A model generated the notes under the pieces. It ran no database searches and was not told the DNA's origin. It was given only the letters and a program-made list of their open reading frames with translations. Below, piece after piece: positions 12,661 to 26,549 of a stretch of 64,000 nucleotides of DNA (the first letter of the stretch is position 1; each line of letters opens with the position of its first letter). The stretch is from Octopus vulgaris (taxonomy: Eukaryota). The DNA is taken from the NCBI GenBank assembly GCA_951406725.2, contig OX597821.1:89776001-89840000 (forward strand). Reading direction: 5' to 3'. The position numbers were made by a program, and so were the translations under genes.

Positions 12661-12925
12661 ATATGTATTAATATATATTAATGTTTGTTTTTAGGTTCAG
12701 TTATAATAAAAGCAATTTTACATTAACTTAATGGGTTACTCTATACTTTTTCAGAGTACAAATTTATTATTCTTAAACAGTAATCTCTTTGGCAGTGACT
12801 TCAAATTACAACCACCTAAGCCATCATCAAACAGTGGTGTATTAGAGTTAGACTTGCCTTTTTATAGTCTCTGCTGAGATGATTCTAACTCAACAGAGAC
12901 TATATATATGTGTGTGTGTGTGTGT

Positions 12926-12965
<40 letters not shown>

Positions 12966-13087
12966 TAATAAAAGGAATTCCAACCTTGACTGATTTTCAC
13001 ATTTTATTTACAATCTTATAATGATATAATATAAGATAATATAATATAATAGAAAATAAAATAGTAGAATGTTAAATGTTCATTCTG

Positions 13088-13135
13088 ATTGAACTAGTAC
13101 TTTCATGCATTAAATTATGCAATCTTCAGGTTAAT
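13088..13135 (-). ncRNA. Minimal type I hammerhead motif
   Basis: AAC-CTGAAGA-tTGCAT aattta ATGCAt-GAAA-GTAC-TA-GTT; palindromic stem III. Confidence 0.7.
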
Positions 13136-13260
13136 GTAGTAGTGGTGACAGTCCTGCTTCACAATTTATATATATATTAGAAGAAATAAGATACTCAGAA
13201 ATCTGGATGGTTTTATATTTACAGATTTTTATTAATATGTCACACGTTTTCATAAATCAT

Positions 13261-13301
13261 ATATTAGCGCTTGCATCTACTCTAGTAGAATCTCCAGATT
13301 T
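13261..13301 (-). ncRNA. Degenerate hammerhead-like motif
   Basis: AAT-CTGGAGA-tTCTAC taga GTAGAt-GCAA-GCGC-TA-AT; two core substitutions. Confidence 0.4.
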
Positions 13302-13467
13302 GAATTTTTTTGAGAGGATTCGTCTCTTTTATAGTATTATTGAGTGTGTAGGGGTGATTGTACCTCATAAAAAGCACCTACTATGATCTGGTTGGTAGAA
13401 GGAAGGACATCAAATTGTAGAAACAATGCCGAAACAGACCACAGAACCTGAAGCAATACATCACTCC

Positions 13468-14368
13468 ATTACTCTCTTTTATTTGTTTCAGTCATTTGAT
13501 CGTGGCCATGCTGGAGCATCATCTTTAGTCGAGCAAATCGACCCCAGGACTTATTCTTTGTAAGCCCAGTACTTATTTTATCAGTCTTTTTTGTTAAACG
13601 GCTAGGTTATGGGGATGTAAGCACACCAGCATCGGTTTCAAGCGATGTTGGGGGGGGGGGGACAAAAACAGACACACAAACATACACACACACACACACA
13701 TACATACATGCATACATATTTTTATATATATATATATATACATATATAATATAAATAAGAAAATGGAGAAACAATTTAGTTGGTTCATCAGCTTTCAGAT
13801 AATAGAATGTTGACTTATTTATTTATTTAACAAAAACGAGAACCTTAATAACATACATATATACATTATAATTCAATACATATAAGATAAGAATACAATC
13901 TTAATATAAATTATTGAAATCATTAAAATCACTCTTACAGCTGTTTCAGCCTATGAAAAAAAGTAGTTTTTCAGTGCCTATAGTTGTCAATTATATTGAG
14001 GTTGTAGGCATTTAAAAATAGGGTACTTATATATAACCATAGACCTCGTCAGAGATTATAAAGAACTTTCAAAATATAAATACATGAAACAGGATACACG
14101 TACAATTTAATATATATAAATGTTAACAAATATCCATATTATCACTTAGTGGGTTGGATCCACAACCCCTAACTTACTTGGTGGTATATGTATATATACA
14201 TATATACATATATATGACGGGCTTCTTTCAGTTTCTGTCTACCAAATCCACTCACAAGGCTTTGGTTAGCCCAAGGCTATAGTAGAAGACACTTGCCCAA
14301 GGTGCCATGCAGTGGGACTGAACCCAGAACCATGTGCTTCTTAAGGAAGCTACTTACTACACAGCCAC
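13468..14368 (-). mobile_element. SINE family A copy with a ~440-bp hammerhead module inserted in its internal microsatellite
   Basis: 3' half at 13468-13700, 5' half at 14215-14368. Confidence 0.85.
13931..14057 (-). ncRNA. Type I hammerhead motif with greatly extended stem II
   Basis: TCT-CTGACGA-GGTCTATGG...(about 80 nt incl. TGCCTA/TAGGCA hairpin)...TCATAGGCT-GAAA-CAGCTG-TA-AGA. Confidence 0.7.
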
Positions 14369-14829
14369 TTTTTGTTTTTATATCATGTTGTAATTAAAAC
14401 AAAATAGTTTGTTGGAAAATCTTTATAAGAGATAAAAATAGCAACTATACTAAGAAGTAATGCTTATCACCACATCAATATGGCCTTTCGACATTCCTGT
14501 CATTTTTAACCCCTGGATGAGCCTCCTTCAGCTAGTTATCAATGTAGTCTGTATCAATGTAGTCTGCATCCAGTATATATTGTAAGTAGGTGAGTGAACC
14601 CTGTAATAAAAACAGTTTTACATTAAACTAGGATTATTCAATACCTTTTGCAGAGTATATATTTATTATTCTTTAACAAGAATAATATTGGCATGACTTC
14701 GAAATTTTGGCTGGTTTAAACTTTATTGGACGATAGATATGTGCATGTGCGTGTGTATATACTGGACTATATATGTGAGTATGTTTGTATATGCATGTGT
14801 GTATGTATGTGCGTATGTGCATGTATATC

Positions 14830-15268
14830 TCTCTTTTTATTCTGGTATTTATTTCAGTCATTTGACTGCGGCCATGCTTTAGTCGAACACATAAACCCCA
14901 GGACTTATTCCTTGTAAGCCTAGTACTTATTCTATTGGTCTTTTGCCAAACCACTAAGTTACGGGGACATAAACACACCAGCATCGGTTGTCAAGCGATG
15001 TTGGGGGACAAACACAGATACGTAAACACATGCACACGCATACACACACTCACACACACACACACACCCATATATATATATTTATATATAAATATATATA
15101 TATACGACAGGCTTCTTTCAGCTTCCATCTAACAAATCCACTCACAAGGCTTTGGTTGGCCTGAGGCTTATAGTAGAAGACATTTGCCCAAGGTACCACA
15201 CAGTGGGACTGAACCCGGAACCATGTGGCTGGTAAGCAAGCTACTTACCACACAGCCACTCCTGCACC
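14830..15268 (-). mobile_element. SINE family A copy
   Basis: Reverse complement of the family A consensus. Confidence 0.85.
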
Positions 15269-15387
15269 TATATATACACACTGATATATATATATATGTA
15301 TGTATATATCATCATCATCTTCATCATCATTAAATGCCTGTTTCTATGCTGGTATATCAGGCGCATATATGTGTAATTACTTAAATG

Positions 15388-15423
<36 letters not shown>

Positions 15424-15740
15424 AGGTTTGAATTGTAATTTCTTTGTTTTGAGAGGCTGTGTAAATGTATCTCTTCTATAATACATTAACATGATCCTTC
15501 ACTCACCAAATAGGTTAAAAGTTTAATTCTAAACAACCTAAATAATATAAGGTGTGGCTCCGTTGAACAGCAGGAATGTCAGCATTTGATTGAATTTTCC
15601 GCTTCTTCACAGTATTTTTACACTCAGTTAACTGCAAGCCAAATCACATTTAAGGCATACATAGATATGTAGGTACATAGATACATACATATATATACAT
15701 ATATATATATATACTCTCGCATGTACATACATGCTGGTGT

Positions 15741-15771
<31 letters not shown>

Positions 15772-15952
15772 CATATATATATATACACTATATAAACACA
15801 CACATATATATGCACACAAAGATACACACAGAGGCATATATGTATATTTGAATGCATGTATGTATGCAAGCATGAATGTACATACATATGCATGTATGTA
15901 TGTATATATGTATGTATGTATGTATGTATGTGTGTGTGTGTGTGTGTGTGTG

Positions 15953-16008
<56 letters not shown>

Positions 16009-16029
16009 ATCAGTTATCTTTGCCAACTG

Positions 16030-16600
16030 GCACTTGAGACTGTTAAGTATCATATTCGGGCAACCTTAAGCCTCATTTCGCTGATATTTCCTGATAGCTT
16101 TTGGGATATATCTCAGTTTTCTCTTTCCGCCCTTCTGGGGATTTTGGCATTGATCATTCGCAATGTTGAGCAATTTCATGCCATGGTACAGAAGTGGCTC
16201 TTCACTATATTCTCTAAATTTATTGCTTTTCTTCTGGTTTCTCGTTAAACCGAAGACAAATTATTCCACATAGAGATTCAATTTTAGGAGTGTAAAACTA
16301 TCTTACTGCTTATAGCTTTTGTTTGCCTTGCACCAATAAAATTCTTTAAAATTATTTCCCCCACCACTCATCTCATGACAATTCTATCCTATCAAATCTG
16401 TCTCCATACCAAATGCAATTGCCTTTTCGGCATTAAACACTAAATGCTGTACCTTCTTTTGCAATAGCCTTCTCCTCTGTGAGTTGGAGGTCACACTTGA
16501 TCTAATTCTCTACTGGATATCATCTGTTATCAACCAAACCATTTAAAAATCTGTTCAATTTATTCTTAGTTACACTTATCCTAATTTGACTCTCAATAAA
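16030..16600 (-). pseudogene. Possible highly decayed RTE LINE fragment
   Basis: Weak similarity (TLRMINAKI...LSGNISEMRLKVA) to the RTE 'MLR...I..RRL.FAGH' region. Confidence 0.3.
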
Positions 16601-16726
16601 TTCCACCCCCAATCCTAAACCTCATACATCTGCTTTATTGATTGTGTATGAAGTTAATTTTCTTCTACTTCTACCATCAATCATTACTATCCAAAATTTG
16701 CTTTGTCTAAATAATTCTTAATTGCT

Positions 16727-16727
16727 G

Positions 16728-16765
<38 letters not shown>

Positions 16766-17312
16766 GTCATAGTTTAACGTCCGTTTTCCATGCTAGTATG
16801 GGTTGGACGGTTCAACCAGGGTCTGGGAAGCTAGGAGGCTGCACTAGGCTCCTGTCTGATCTGGCAGTGTTTCTATAGCTGGATGCCCTTCCTAACGCCA
16901 ACCACTCTCTGAGTGTTGTAGATGCTTTGTACATGCTACCGGCACAGGTGCCAGGGGAGGCTGGCAGCAGCCATGATCGGCTAGTGCTTTTTACATGTCA
17001 CCCACACAGAAGCCAGTCAAGGTGGCGCTGGCTTTGGCCAGGTTCGGATGGTGCTTTTTATGTGCCACCGGCAGAAGTATCACAACTAAAATTTTCATTT
17101 GATTTTTATTTTGATGTTGATATACTTGACTCAATAGGTCTCCTCAAGCACAGTAGGTCGCTCTACAATTCAAGGTAAGTACAGCAGGCCGTCCTGTGAT
17201 CAAAGGTACTTTGGATGGGCTGGGGCTGCTATGTGAAACTGGTGCAGGAAACAGCCATGCACTCACATTATTTGACGGGTCTTCGCAGTCACAGCATATC
17301 TCCAGAGATCTC
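16727..17312 (-). mobile_element. SINE family B copy with extended 5' region
   Basis: Same body and tail as 12194-12660. Confidence 0.8.
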
Positions 17313-17579
17313 ATGTGGTTAAGAATTTCACTTCTCAGCCATGTGGCTTAGGGTTCAGCTCCATCGTCTGGCACCTTGGCCTAGTGATTTGATTTGGTAA
17401 CTGGAAACTGATAAAAAGCCCATGGTGTATATATTGAGTCTGACGAGTTACCTGAACAGCTAATCACTATAAAGGTACAAAACCAATGATCACTCTCTGA
17501 CTGGCCATAACTACCTTCTAAATATATATAAGGTTTTTGGTAAGCAGTGTTGATTTTTTACAATTCTGTAAATGAAATT

Positions 17580-17865
17580 GAAATCAAAATCAAATTTGAT
17601 GACTGGCATCCGTGCTGGTGGAGCGCTAAGCGCACCATCCGAATGTGATCATTGCTAGAGCAGCTAAATGGCTTCTGTGCTGGTGGCATGTAAAAAGCAT
17701 CATTCGAGTGTGATCGCTACCAGCATTGCCTTACTGGCACTTGTGCCGGTGGCACGTGGAAAAACATTCGAGTGTGGTCATTGCCAGTGCCACTGGACTG
17801 GCTCCTGTGCAGGTGGCATGTGAAGAATACCATTTGAGCATGGCCATTGCCAGTACTGCCTGGTC
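17580..17865 (+). mobile_element. SINE family B tandem-unit region
   Basis: Repeated GTGCNGGTGGCAYGTAAAAAGCA units; homologous to 41410-41690 (-). Confidence 0.75.
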
Positions 17866-18088
17866 ACCTTCAAATTGCACCTTACTATTCTTTAATCGGC
17901 AAAAGACCTGTTAGTAACTGTAATTTTACACAACCTTAGAAATGCATGATGGTCACTGCTGGGATATCTGTGTTCAGATGTAAGCCAAATAAATCCATGG
18001 ACATGATTGAATAATGGTATAAATTTAGAGAAATGACTTGGACCAAAAATATGACTATCAATCATATATATATATATATATATACATA

Positions 18089-18125
<37 letters not shown>

Positions 18126-18127
<2 letters not shown>

Positions 18128-18398
18128 CAATTGCAGCATGGAAGGTGTTTATAAGCCATTTAAGAAACACATAAAAACTGTTAGATTCACTACAACATTT
18201 AAATTTAATTTGTCATAATATTTTCGTTGCTTTGAGAACGCGACCTGTTCCCGCAGCACAAAGTTTTGTCATTGAACACGTCGCAGTTTCAAAGCAACGA
18301 AATTATTTTGACAAATTAAATTTAAATGTTGAAGTGAATCTAACGGTTTTTGTGTGTTTCTTAAATGGCTTATAAACACCTTTCATGCTGCAATTGTT
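18126..18398. repeat. Long palindrome (about 125-bp arms) within (TA)n
   Basis: AACAATTGCAGCATG...GACCTGTTC spacer GAACACGTC...CATGCTGCAATTGTT. Confidence 0.95.
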
Positions 18399-18476
18399 TT
18401 CATTCCAGCACACGATCTCAGATCAAGTCACTCGCTATGCAATTACATCTCCGTAATTTATATATATATATATATA

Positions 18477-18742
18477 TCATCATCATCATCGTTTAACGTC
18501 CGTTTTCCATGCTAGCATGGGTTGGACGGTTCAACTGGGGTCTGGGAAGCCAGTAGGCTGCGCCAGGCCCAGTCTGATCTGGCAATGTTTCTACAGCTGG
18601 ATGCCCTTCCTAATGCCAACCACTCCGTGAGTGTAGTGGGTGTTTTTTACGTGACACCTGCACAGGTACAAGATGAGGCTGACAAACGGCCACGATCGGA
18701 TGGTGCTTTTTATGTGCCACCGGCACGGGGGCCAGGCGAGGT
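18477..18742 (-). mobile_element. SINE family B copy
   Basis: Same body and tail. Confidence 0.85.
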
Positions 18743-19787
18743 TGATATATATATATATATATATTTCTTTACTACCCACAAGGGGCTAAACACAGAGGGG
18801 ACAAACAAGGACAGACAAAGGGATTAAGTCGACTACATCGACCCCAGTGCGCAACTGGTACTTATATATATATATATATATATAGTTTTATATACATGTG
18901 TGTGTGTGAGTGTATGAATGTGTGTATGTATGTGTATGTGTGTGTGTGCCTGTGTGTGTGTAGATGTTTATGCTGGCTCCCCACGAATTGGCCATGAGTG
19001 TTGGTTTGTTTATGTCATCATAACCTAGTAGCTTAACCAAAGCGACTGACAGAATAAGTCCCAGATTTAAAATGAATATTGTAGTTTATCTGTAAATCGA
19101 ACTCTAAATAGCAGTGCTCCAGCATGGCTACAGTCCAGTGTCTGAAAAACGTAGAAGAGTATACAAGCGTGAATCCACCACCTTAACCACTAAGCTGTAC
19201 TCCTTCACCCTAAGCAACCTTAAATTATTAAAGTATTTTGTAAGACATTTTCACCTTCCTTGATCTTTGAATCTTGTTGCTAACTCACATTAACCCTAAC
19301 ATATTCCAATTCCCTCTGCAGTTACTGACATTGCAATTTACAAAATTTATACCATTATTCATTCATGTCCATGGATTTATTTGGCTTACATATTGACCCA
19401 AAATTTTGAGAAAAAAAAAAGGCCACGCATTAGACATGTGAAGGTAAATGATTGAACAAACTCTTTCAACAGCTCTAGGATTATAATTTATCTTTAAAAG
19501 ATCATATATTCCTTTCATCAGTTAGCTCTTAAAACCTCTAAGATCATAAATTTAACTTTGAAAAAAGCCCTTGCTTCCACAAACTGGCTATTAACAGCTC
19601 TAGGATTATAAAATTAATTTTGAATGAGATCCATTACTTTCGCTAACTGATTTTAAATTCTCTTCTAAAAGTATTGTCTTCATTTTCGAATTTGAACTAG
19701 CTTATGTTATTCAAGATATCACTTTTAAACAATGTGGCGAAAGTGTTAGTCTTCTAAATGTAAAAAATAATCTCACTTAAAAATAAA

Positions 19788-20086
19788 ATAATAATGAAAT
19801 TATTGTATACAGTGCTCAGGTGCACCACAACTTGTCAGAAAGAGCATATAAAGTACATGCAGTAATGTAGAAATGTCTGGAAAGCGAACAATGTATGAGT
19901 CAGATACATGCTTGTGTGTGTATGGAGGGGAGAAAATCAAGTGTAGTGTTGGCGAATCTCAGGAAGCATAGAAGTTTTGAAGGATGCAGTGCTCCGACAA
20001 CTAACAACTGATGCTGGCAGTTTGTTCCATGCTTCAGCAACTCTCAGCGTGAAAAAATGTTTCCTGAAGTCATGGGAGCTGTGCTT
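19788..20086 (-). mobile_element. CR1/L2-group LINE 3' end
   Basis: HSSHDFRKHFFTLRVAEAWNKLPASVVSCRSTASFK followed by a 3' UTR; second UTR copy at 54665-54820 (+). Confidence 0.85.
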
Positions 20087-20406
20087 AATCAAGTTTGTTT
20101 CTTTTTTCAGTGTTCATTGCATTGCAGGCATGAAACTCTGAGTGTTTAATATACAGAACACTCTCCAGAGAAAATTTCTCTCTGTTAATGTTTATTCTCT
20201 CTTCTCCCTGTGTTTTCTACTCCTACTATTGTGGCTTCACTCTTCAGAGTTAGTTGGTTGTGTGCCACTTCAACTCAAGTAGTACTGACTCTTTTCATCT
20301 CTCCTTCTTACATCACACATTTTGTGTCCAATCCCCCAAACCCTCAATTAGACTCTACATGCAAACCTTCCATCCCAGAATGTGATCCTTTCAAATTGTC
20401 TTTGTA

Positions 20407-20618
20407 TACTCTTTACTCTTTTACTTGTTTCAGTCTGTGGACTGCAGCCATGCTGGAGCGCGGCCTTTGGTCGAGCAACTCAACCCCGGAACTTATTCTT
20501 TGTAAGCCTATTACTTATTCCATCGGTCTCTTTTGCCGAACCGCTAAGTGACGGGGACATAAACACACCAGCATCGGTTGTCAAGCAATGCTAGGGGGAC
20601 AAACACAGACACACAAAC

Positions 20619-20653
<35 letters not shown>

Positions 20654-20824
20654 CATATATACGACGGGCTTCTTTCAGTTTCCGTCTACCAAATCCACTC
20701 ACAAGGCTTTGGTCGGCCCGAGGCTATAGTAGAAGACACTTGCCCAAGGTGCCATGCAGTGGGTTTGAACCCGGAACCATGTGGTTGGTAAGTAAGTTAC
20801 TTACCACACAGCCACTCCTGCGCC
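20407..20824 (-). mobile_element. SINE family A copy
   Basis: Full-length reverse complement. Confidence 0.9.
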
Positions 20825-21444
20825 ATATCATTTTTCTATGGGTGACTGAGTGTTTCTTATGGTACCAGCACCAGTTGATGTTGCTATGCTGCTTGCAAGA
20901 CTGATCAGGGCATAGTAGATAGGGAGGTGGCATTATTTTAGAAGATGAGTGGTTAAAGTATGAAAGAAGGGGGCCTGAACAGAACATGTTTCTTGCTTAA
21001 GGGGAGCTACATGGTTACAGATACTAAAAAAGAGAGGGTAGGAGTTACCAGGGGTGGAGCTGAAGTGACAGACAAATTAGTAGTTTTAGTAATAGCTGTC
21101 AGGGAGGACCCTTAAGTTACAAGATGATTAGAAGCAAGTGAGAGCAGAAGTACTGAGATTTTGTATGGGTAGAAGTTGTAAGTGTGTAGGGAGATTATGA
21201 AATGGTTAGAGGCTGGAAATAGGTTTGAGAGTGGTTATAATGAAGAACAGGCATTGAGGAATATTAAGTAGGAAAGGTAGGATAACTGTAGAAGTTAGGT
21301 AAGGTTGAGGGGTTGAATAACTTCAAATCTTTCCTACAAGTCTTGACTTGTAACAATTTAAGCAGACATAATATTTTCAAATTTTGGTATACGATCTGCA
21401 ATTTTAGGGTGTGGATATAATTGATTACATTGACCCCAAGATCT

Positions 21445-21720
21445 TTGGCAAATATGCCGTGCTTGAGAAGATCCATCAAGCCAAGTGAAATCATAGTCAT
21501 GGCAGATACTGGTGTCACACAACTGGACCCATGCCTGTGGAACATAAACGCACCCATTACACTCTTCGAATAGTTGGTGTTAGAAAGGGCAACCAACCAT
21601 AGAAACCATGTCAAATTAGACTGGAGCCTGGTACAGCCCCTCAGCTTACCAGCTGTGATCAAAACATCCAGCCCATGTCAACATGAACAACGGATGTTAA
21701 CTGATGTGGATGATGATGAC
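21445..21720 (+). mobile_element. Diverged SINE family B copy
   Basis: Body plus GATGATGAT tail. Confidence 0.7.
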
Positions 21721-22518
21721 CCCCAGTACATGACTGTTACTTATTTTATCTACCCTGAAAAGATGGAAGTTGACCTCAATTGAATTTGAAATCAATATGT
21801 AACAACCTAGAAAAAGTACTACTAAGCATTTTATTCAACCGGTTTATAATTTTGTCAGCTTACCATTTTAAAGCAATCATATGTGTCTTTAAGATATTGT
21901 GCATTAGCCATGGGCAGTACTCCTTCTCCATATCCAGCAGGTAAGACTAAAAATACTAACAAACCTAAAGTATGCGAGTTGGCACATGGAGAAGTTTGCT
22001 AAGACTTTGAAAAATACTTACAATCATCTAAGGAAGTAGTTAATTAGTGTTAATTTATTATACGTAGACAGAATGGAGAATATTGTATTATTCTGTAGCA
22101 TATTTAATGTAATGCTCTTGAATAATATTGTATTCCATATTTAATGTGGTGAGCATGTACAGTACATTTTATGCAGTTGGCATTTATGATATTGTACATA
22201 TTCTTAGTGAATCACTTGTATATATTCTTCTCACTCCATTGGTAAGTAAGATGAAATCTGTCTTTTTCTTTTTTCTTAAGAGAATATCTAATAAGACCAA
22301 ATTATAACCAGTCTTGTCTCCCATATTTGCCAAAATGATAAAAATAATATCATTCATTGGACAAATTATATATTTTCATCACCAGTTACTTATTTCTAAT
22401 CAAAAATATACTTCATCATCATCATTGGTTTTTAGGATTACTTTTCTCTGCTTGCATGCACCAGAGGTAGTGCATCAAGGCTGATTTGTCTGTGGTTCGA
22501 TGACCATCTTGTTGTTTG

Positions 22519-22819
22519 TTGTTTGTTCCTTCTCGAGCTATGCCTGGCTCATAAGGGCCGGTTTCCCGGTTTCTTGGCGCATAGGTTCCCCACCTGGATG
22601 GGACGCCAGTCCATCGAAGGTGAGCACAAGATGCAGGAGGAAAGAGTGAGAGAAAGTTGTGGTGAAAGCGTCAGCAGAAGTTTGCCATTACCTTCGGCCG
22701 GAGCCGCGTGGAGCTTAGGTGTTTCCCTCATAAACACACACATTGCCCGGTCTGAGATTCGAACCCGCGAACCCTCGACCACGAGTCCGCTACTCTAACC
22801 ACTAGGCCATGTGCCTCCA
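22519..22819 (-). mobile_element. tRNA-derived SINE, family C head with a different 3' tail
   Basis: GGAGGCACATGGCCTAGTGGTTAG...GGTTCGAATC head; (AAC)n-like tail. Confidence 0.8.
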
Positions 22820-23240
22820 CACATGACCATCTTGTCACCAAACCTCACCTGTTTCCAAGTCATACGATATTTCCCCATTGTTGAACATGTTAGAAATGAA
22901 GGAAACTGCTTATATGATGGCAAAAGTTGTTAATTGCTACCACACAAATTCAAAACAAGGGCACACCTGCATTCACACACATACGCCCCACCCACATGCA
23001 CACATGCATATATATATCTTTTATTTGTTTCTATTATAAAACTGTGGCCATGCTGGGGCACTGCCTTGAAGAATTTTTAGTCAATGAATCGACCCCAATA
23101 CTTATATTTTTGTTTAAAACGTAAGTACCAGGGTTGATTCATTCAAATATATAGATATATAATTCATTCATGTATATTCTTATATAGTTCATTCATACAT
23201 ATATATATAATTCATTTATGTATATATACGTATGTAATTC

Positions 23241-23280
<40 letters not shown>

Positions 23281-23289
23281 GTCAGTTCT

Positions 23290-23543
23290 ACAAGACTGGC
23301 TCCCGTGTAGGTAGCATGTAAAAACACCTTTTGAGCGTGGTTGTTACCAGAACTGCCTGATTGGCCCTAAAAAGCACCCACTACACTCTCGGAGTGGTTG
23401 GCATTAGGAAGAGTATCCAGCTGGAGAATCTTTGCCAGATCAGATTGAGCCTGGTGCAGCCGCTGGCTCACCAGTCCTCAGTCAAACTGTCCAATCCATG
23501 CCAGCAAAGCAGACGCTAAACGATGATGATGATGATGATGATG
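23290..23543 (+). mobile_element. SINE family B copy
   Basis: Body plus (GAT)n tail. Confidence 0.8.
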
Positions 23544-24070
23544 AAAATATATATATATATTACACTGACAGAGATAGGTGGGTTTAACTCAAGGTGTTAC
23601 GAGCTGCTAATGAGGATTAAGATGGACTACATCACAACTCAAATTCATGGTCTGGCTATGTATGCTGGAGACTTACCTCCCTTTGTCAGTCACTTAAGAC
23701 AGTATGTCTGTGGCTTTGAGTTAACTTAACTCTTATCTTTAGCAAAAGCAGTGCTAGTCAGTACCCTCTGTCACTTTTGTGACCTATATTAATCTTGCCT
23801 TTAGGTTCTAATTGCTACGACACCCTTTTTAATTTGTTACATATATATATATATATATTAATCAATATAAGGCAAGCAAAAAATTCAACAGAAATTTTTT
23901 TCACCACCAGCGGTCTAGTGAGAAAGAAAAAATAGTCAAAAGACTATATAATATACATTCAACAATAATATTAAGGAATGGCCTTAAAAGGCCATTCAAC
24001 TCACTAAAACGAGCAACTAAACTCAAACCGCTAAATAGTAGTAATTCAGAAATCAAAGGAAAATTTATTG

Positions 24071-24116
<46 letters not shown>

Positions 24117-24127
24117 ATGTATATGTA

Positions 24128-25385
24128 CAGGGGTCAGTCAAAATAATGTAAAAACCTTAAAATTTCAAACAAATTTATCTTAATATGAATTAGGACCACC
24201 TTTGTCACTAGTTACAGCTTAAATTCTATGAGGCATGGACTCGTACAAAGTTTGAATTGTTTCCAAAGGAATTTTGTTCCATTCTTCAGCTAAAACAGTC
24301 TCCAATTCTTGTAGTGATGATGGTGGAGGTTATCAACTTCTTACTTGTTTTTCTAAAGTGCACCATAAATGTTCAATAATATTGAGATCTGGGGACTGTG
24401 GTGGCCAGACAAGATGTTCAACTTCACTAGAATGTTCCTCTTGCTATTCAGTGACAACTATAGCAGTGTGGATTGATGCATTATCATCCTGAAAGATTGT
24501 GTTTCCCTCCAGAAACAGTTCTGCAAATATAGGATGAATTTGATAAGATAAAATGCTTAAAGAGTCTTGACTATTAATTCTGCCATGAGGTGGGGAAACC
24601 ATTGGGCCAGTAAATTTCCAAGATATAGCCCCACCACAAGATCATCACAGATCCTCCTCCGTGTTAAACAGTTGGAAGAAGACAGTCTGGGTTAAATGCT
24701 TCTTTCGGTTGTCACCACATGTATACTTGGCCGATGGATGGAAATAGGGTAAAGGATGACTCGTCCAAGAAAATAACATTCTTCCACTGCTCTAGGGACC
24801 AATTCTGTAGATTTTTACTCCCTTCTAAATGCTTTGCAATGTTTGTTTTTGAATGTTGTCATTTTTTTATTGCAGCCCTCCCATGAACAGTTGTAGTGGG
24901 AGCTGGGTTCTCGAGGTGGTCATTAAGCTCTGACAATAATTCTGAGAGCTGTACATTTGTGATCATTTCTAACAATTTGCATAAGAGTCTGACAGTCCCT
25001 ATCTAAAAGTTTCGGATTTCTTTAGGAGTTTTGATTTGATGAGGAGTTTTTTCCCTCTTTCACAAAGGCTGACATTACTTTCGAGATGGTACTTCTTGAT
25101 ACAGCAAACATTTCAGCTGTTTTCATTATGCAAGTGCTTGCCATAAGAGTACCAACAAGTTGACCTCTTTGAAAAAGTTGAGTGGAAAGATCTGTCAAAT
25201 TAATGAATTTTAATTACGTTTTTCTGATGATGTCTGAAAAGAAACAGGAATTTTAGCTAAACATGAAGCAACACTAATAATAAATCAAAAAGCATAAAAA
25301 TAAACAAGCTTTTGGCAGTTTTATAGCTACTTCAAAATTATGATGCAATGATGCTAGGTGTTTCCATTATTTTGTCCAACCCCTG
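24128..25385 (-). mobile_element. Full-length decayed Tc1-like (DD36E-type) transposon
   Basis: TA-flanked TIRs CAGGGG...; colinear with 42252-43518. Confidence 0.9.
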
Positions 25386-26180
25386 TATGCACACACACAC
25401 ACATATTTAACCCATTCATATATACACATATATTTCATTCTTATCAATACATATCTAAACACACTTCACTACCCGTTTCTCATACACGATTTCAGATGGC
25501 CCAAAGCTATTGTAAAAGACATTTGCTCAAGGTTTCTTACGTGTGGTTGGGAAGCAAACTTCTTAACCACAAAGCCACTTAATTATTTCTTATTAGGTAT
25601 GTATACCTCTCAGCATAACCATTTCCAATTAGCTATATGCAACACTCAATGCATTAAATATCTTAACAACCAACTTAACTATTATTTTTCATACAAAATG
25701 GCATCTCTGAATAATTAATGTCAGGGATTTGGATTAAAAGAAAATATCTATGGATGTAGATTTGAATAAGCAATTTCTTTCATTGATTGGTTGAAATGCA
25801 TGTAATCCCAGCAGTACTAGACAAAATGGTTTGCAGCTTAATGTACCAGGCCATCAGAATGTCTTTATGACAAGCTGTAATGCTTGTACTTAAAACCAGT
25901 CAAGTTATAAATGCTGGAGCCATTACAATTTTGCTGAATATTTGAAAATGGCAAACTAAACATCAAATTATCAAAAATACAAAAACGAAATAGAGATGGA
26001 AAAATCTCTCTTGGATTCCTCCATGTACTTAAATCAATCCCTGATGGGGATTTCAGCTAATATTATTCTTCCATTTATTGAGGATAGTTAGAAAAAATAT
26101 TTACGTTGTATATACCTCCTAACTATAATGTATGTATCTGTATCTGCTTGTAAGGCAGCTGCATGTATATGTGTGTGTCT

Positions 26181-26312
<132 letters not shown>

Positions 26313-26452
26313 CTATATATATATATATATATCCTTAAATCATTATATATATATACACACACAGACATATATATATATATACACATGTATATATGTATAT
26401 GTCATGGACACATACACACACACATATATGCACATGCACACACGTGTTATAC

Positions 26453-26486
<34 letters not shown>

Positions 26487-26505
26487 ATATACACATACAT
26501 ATTTG

Positions 26506-26549
<44 letters not shown>

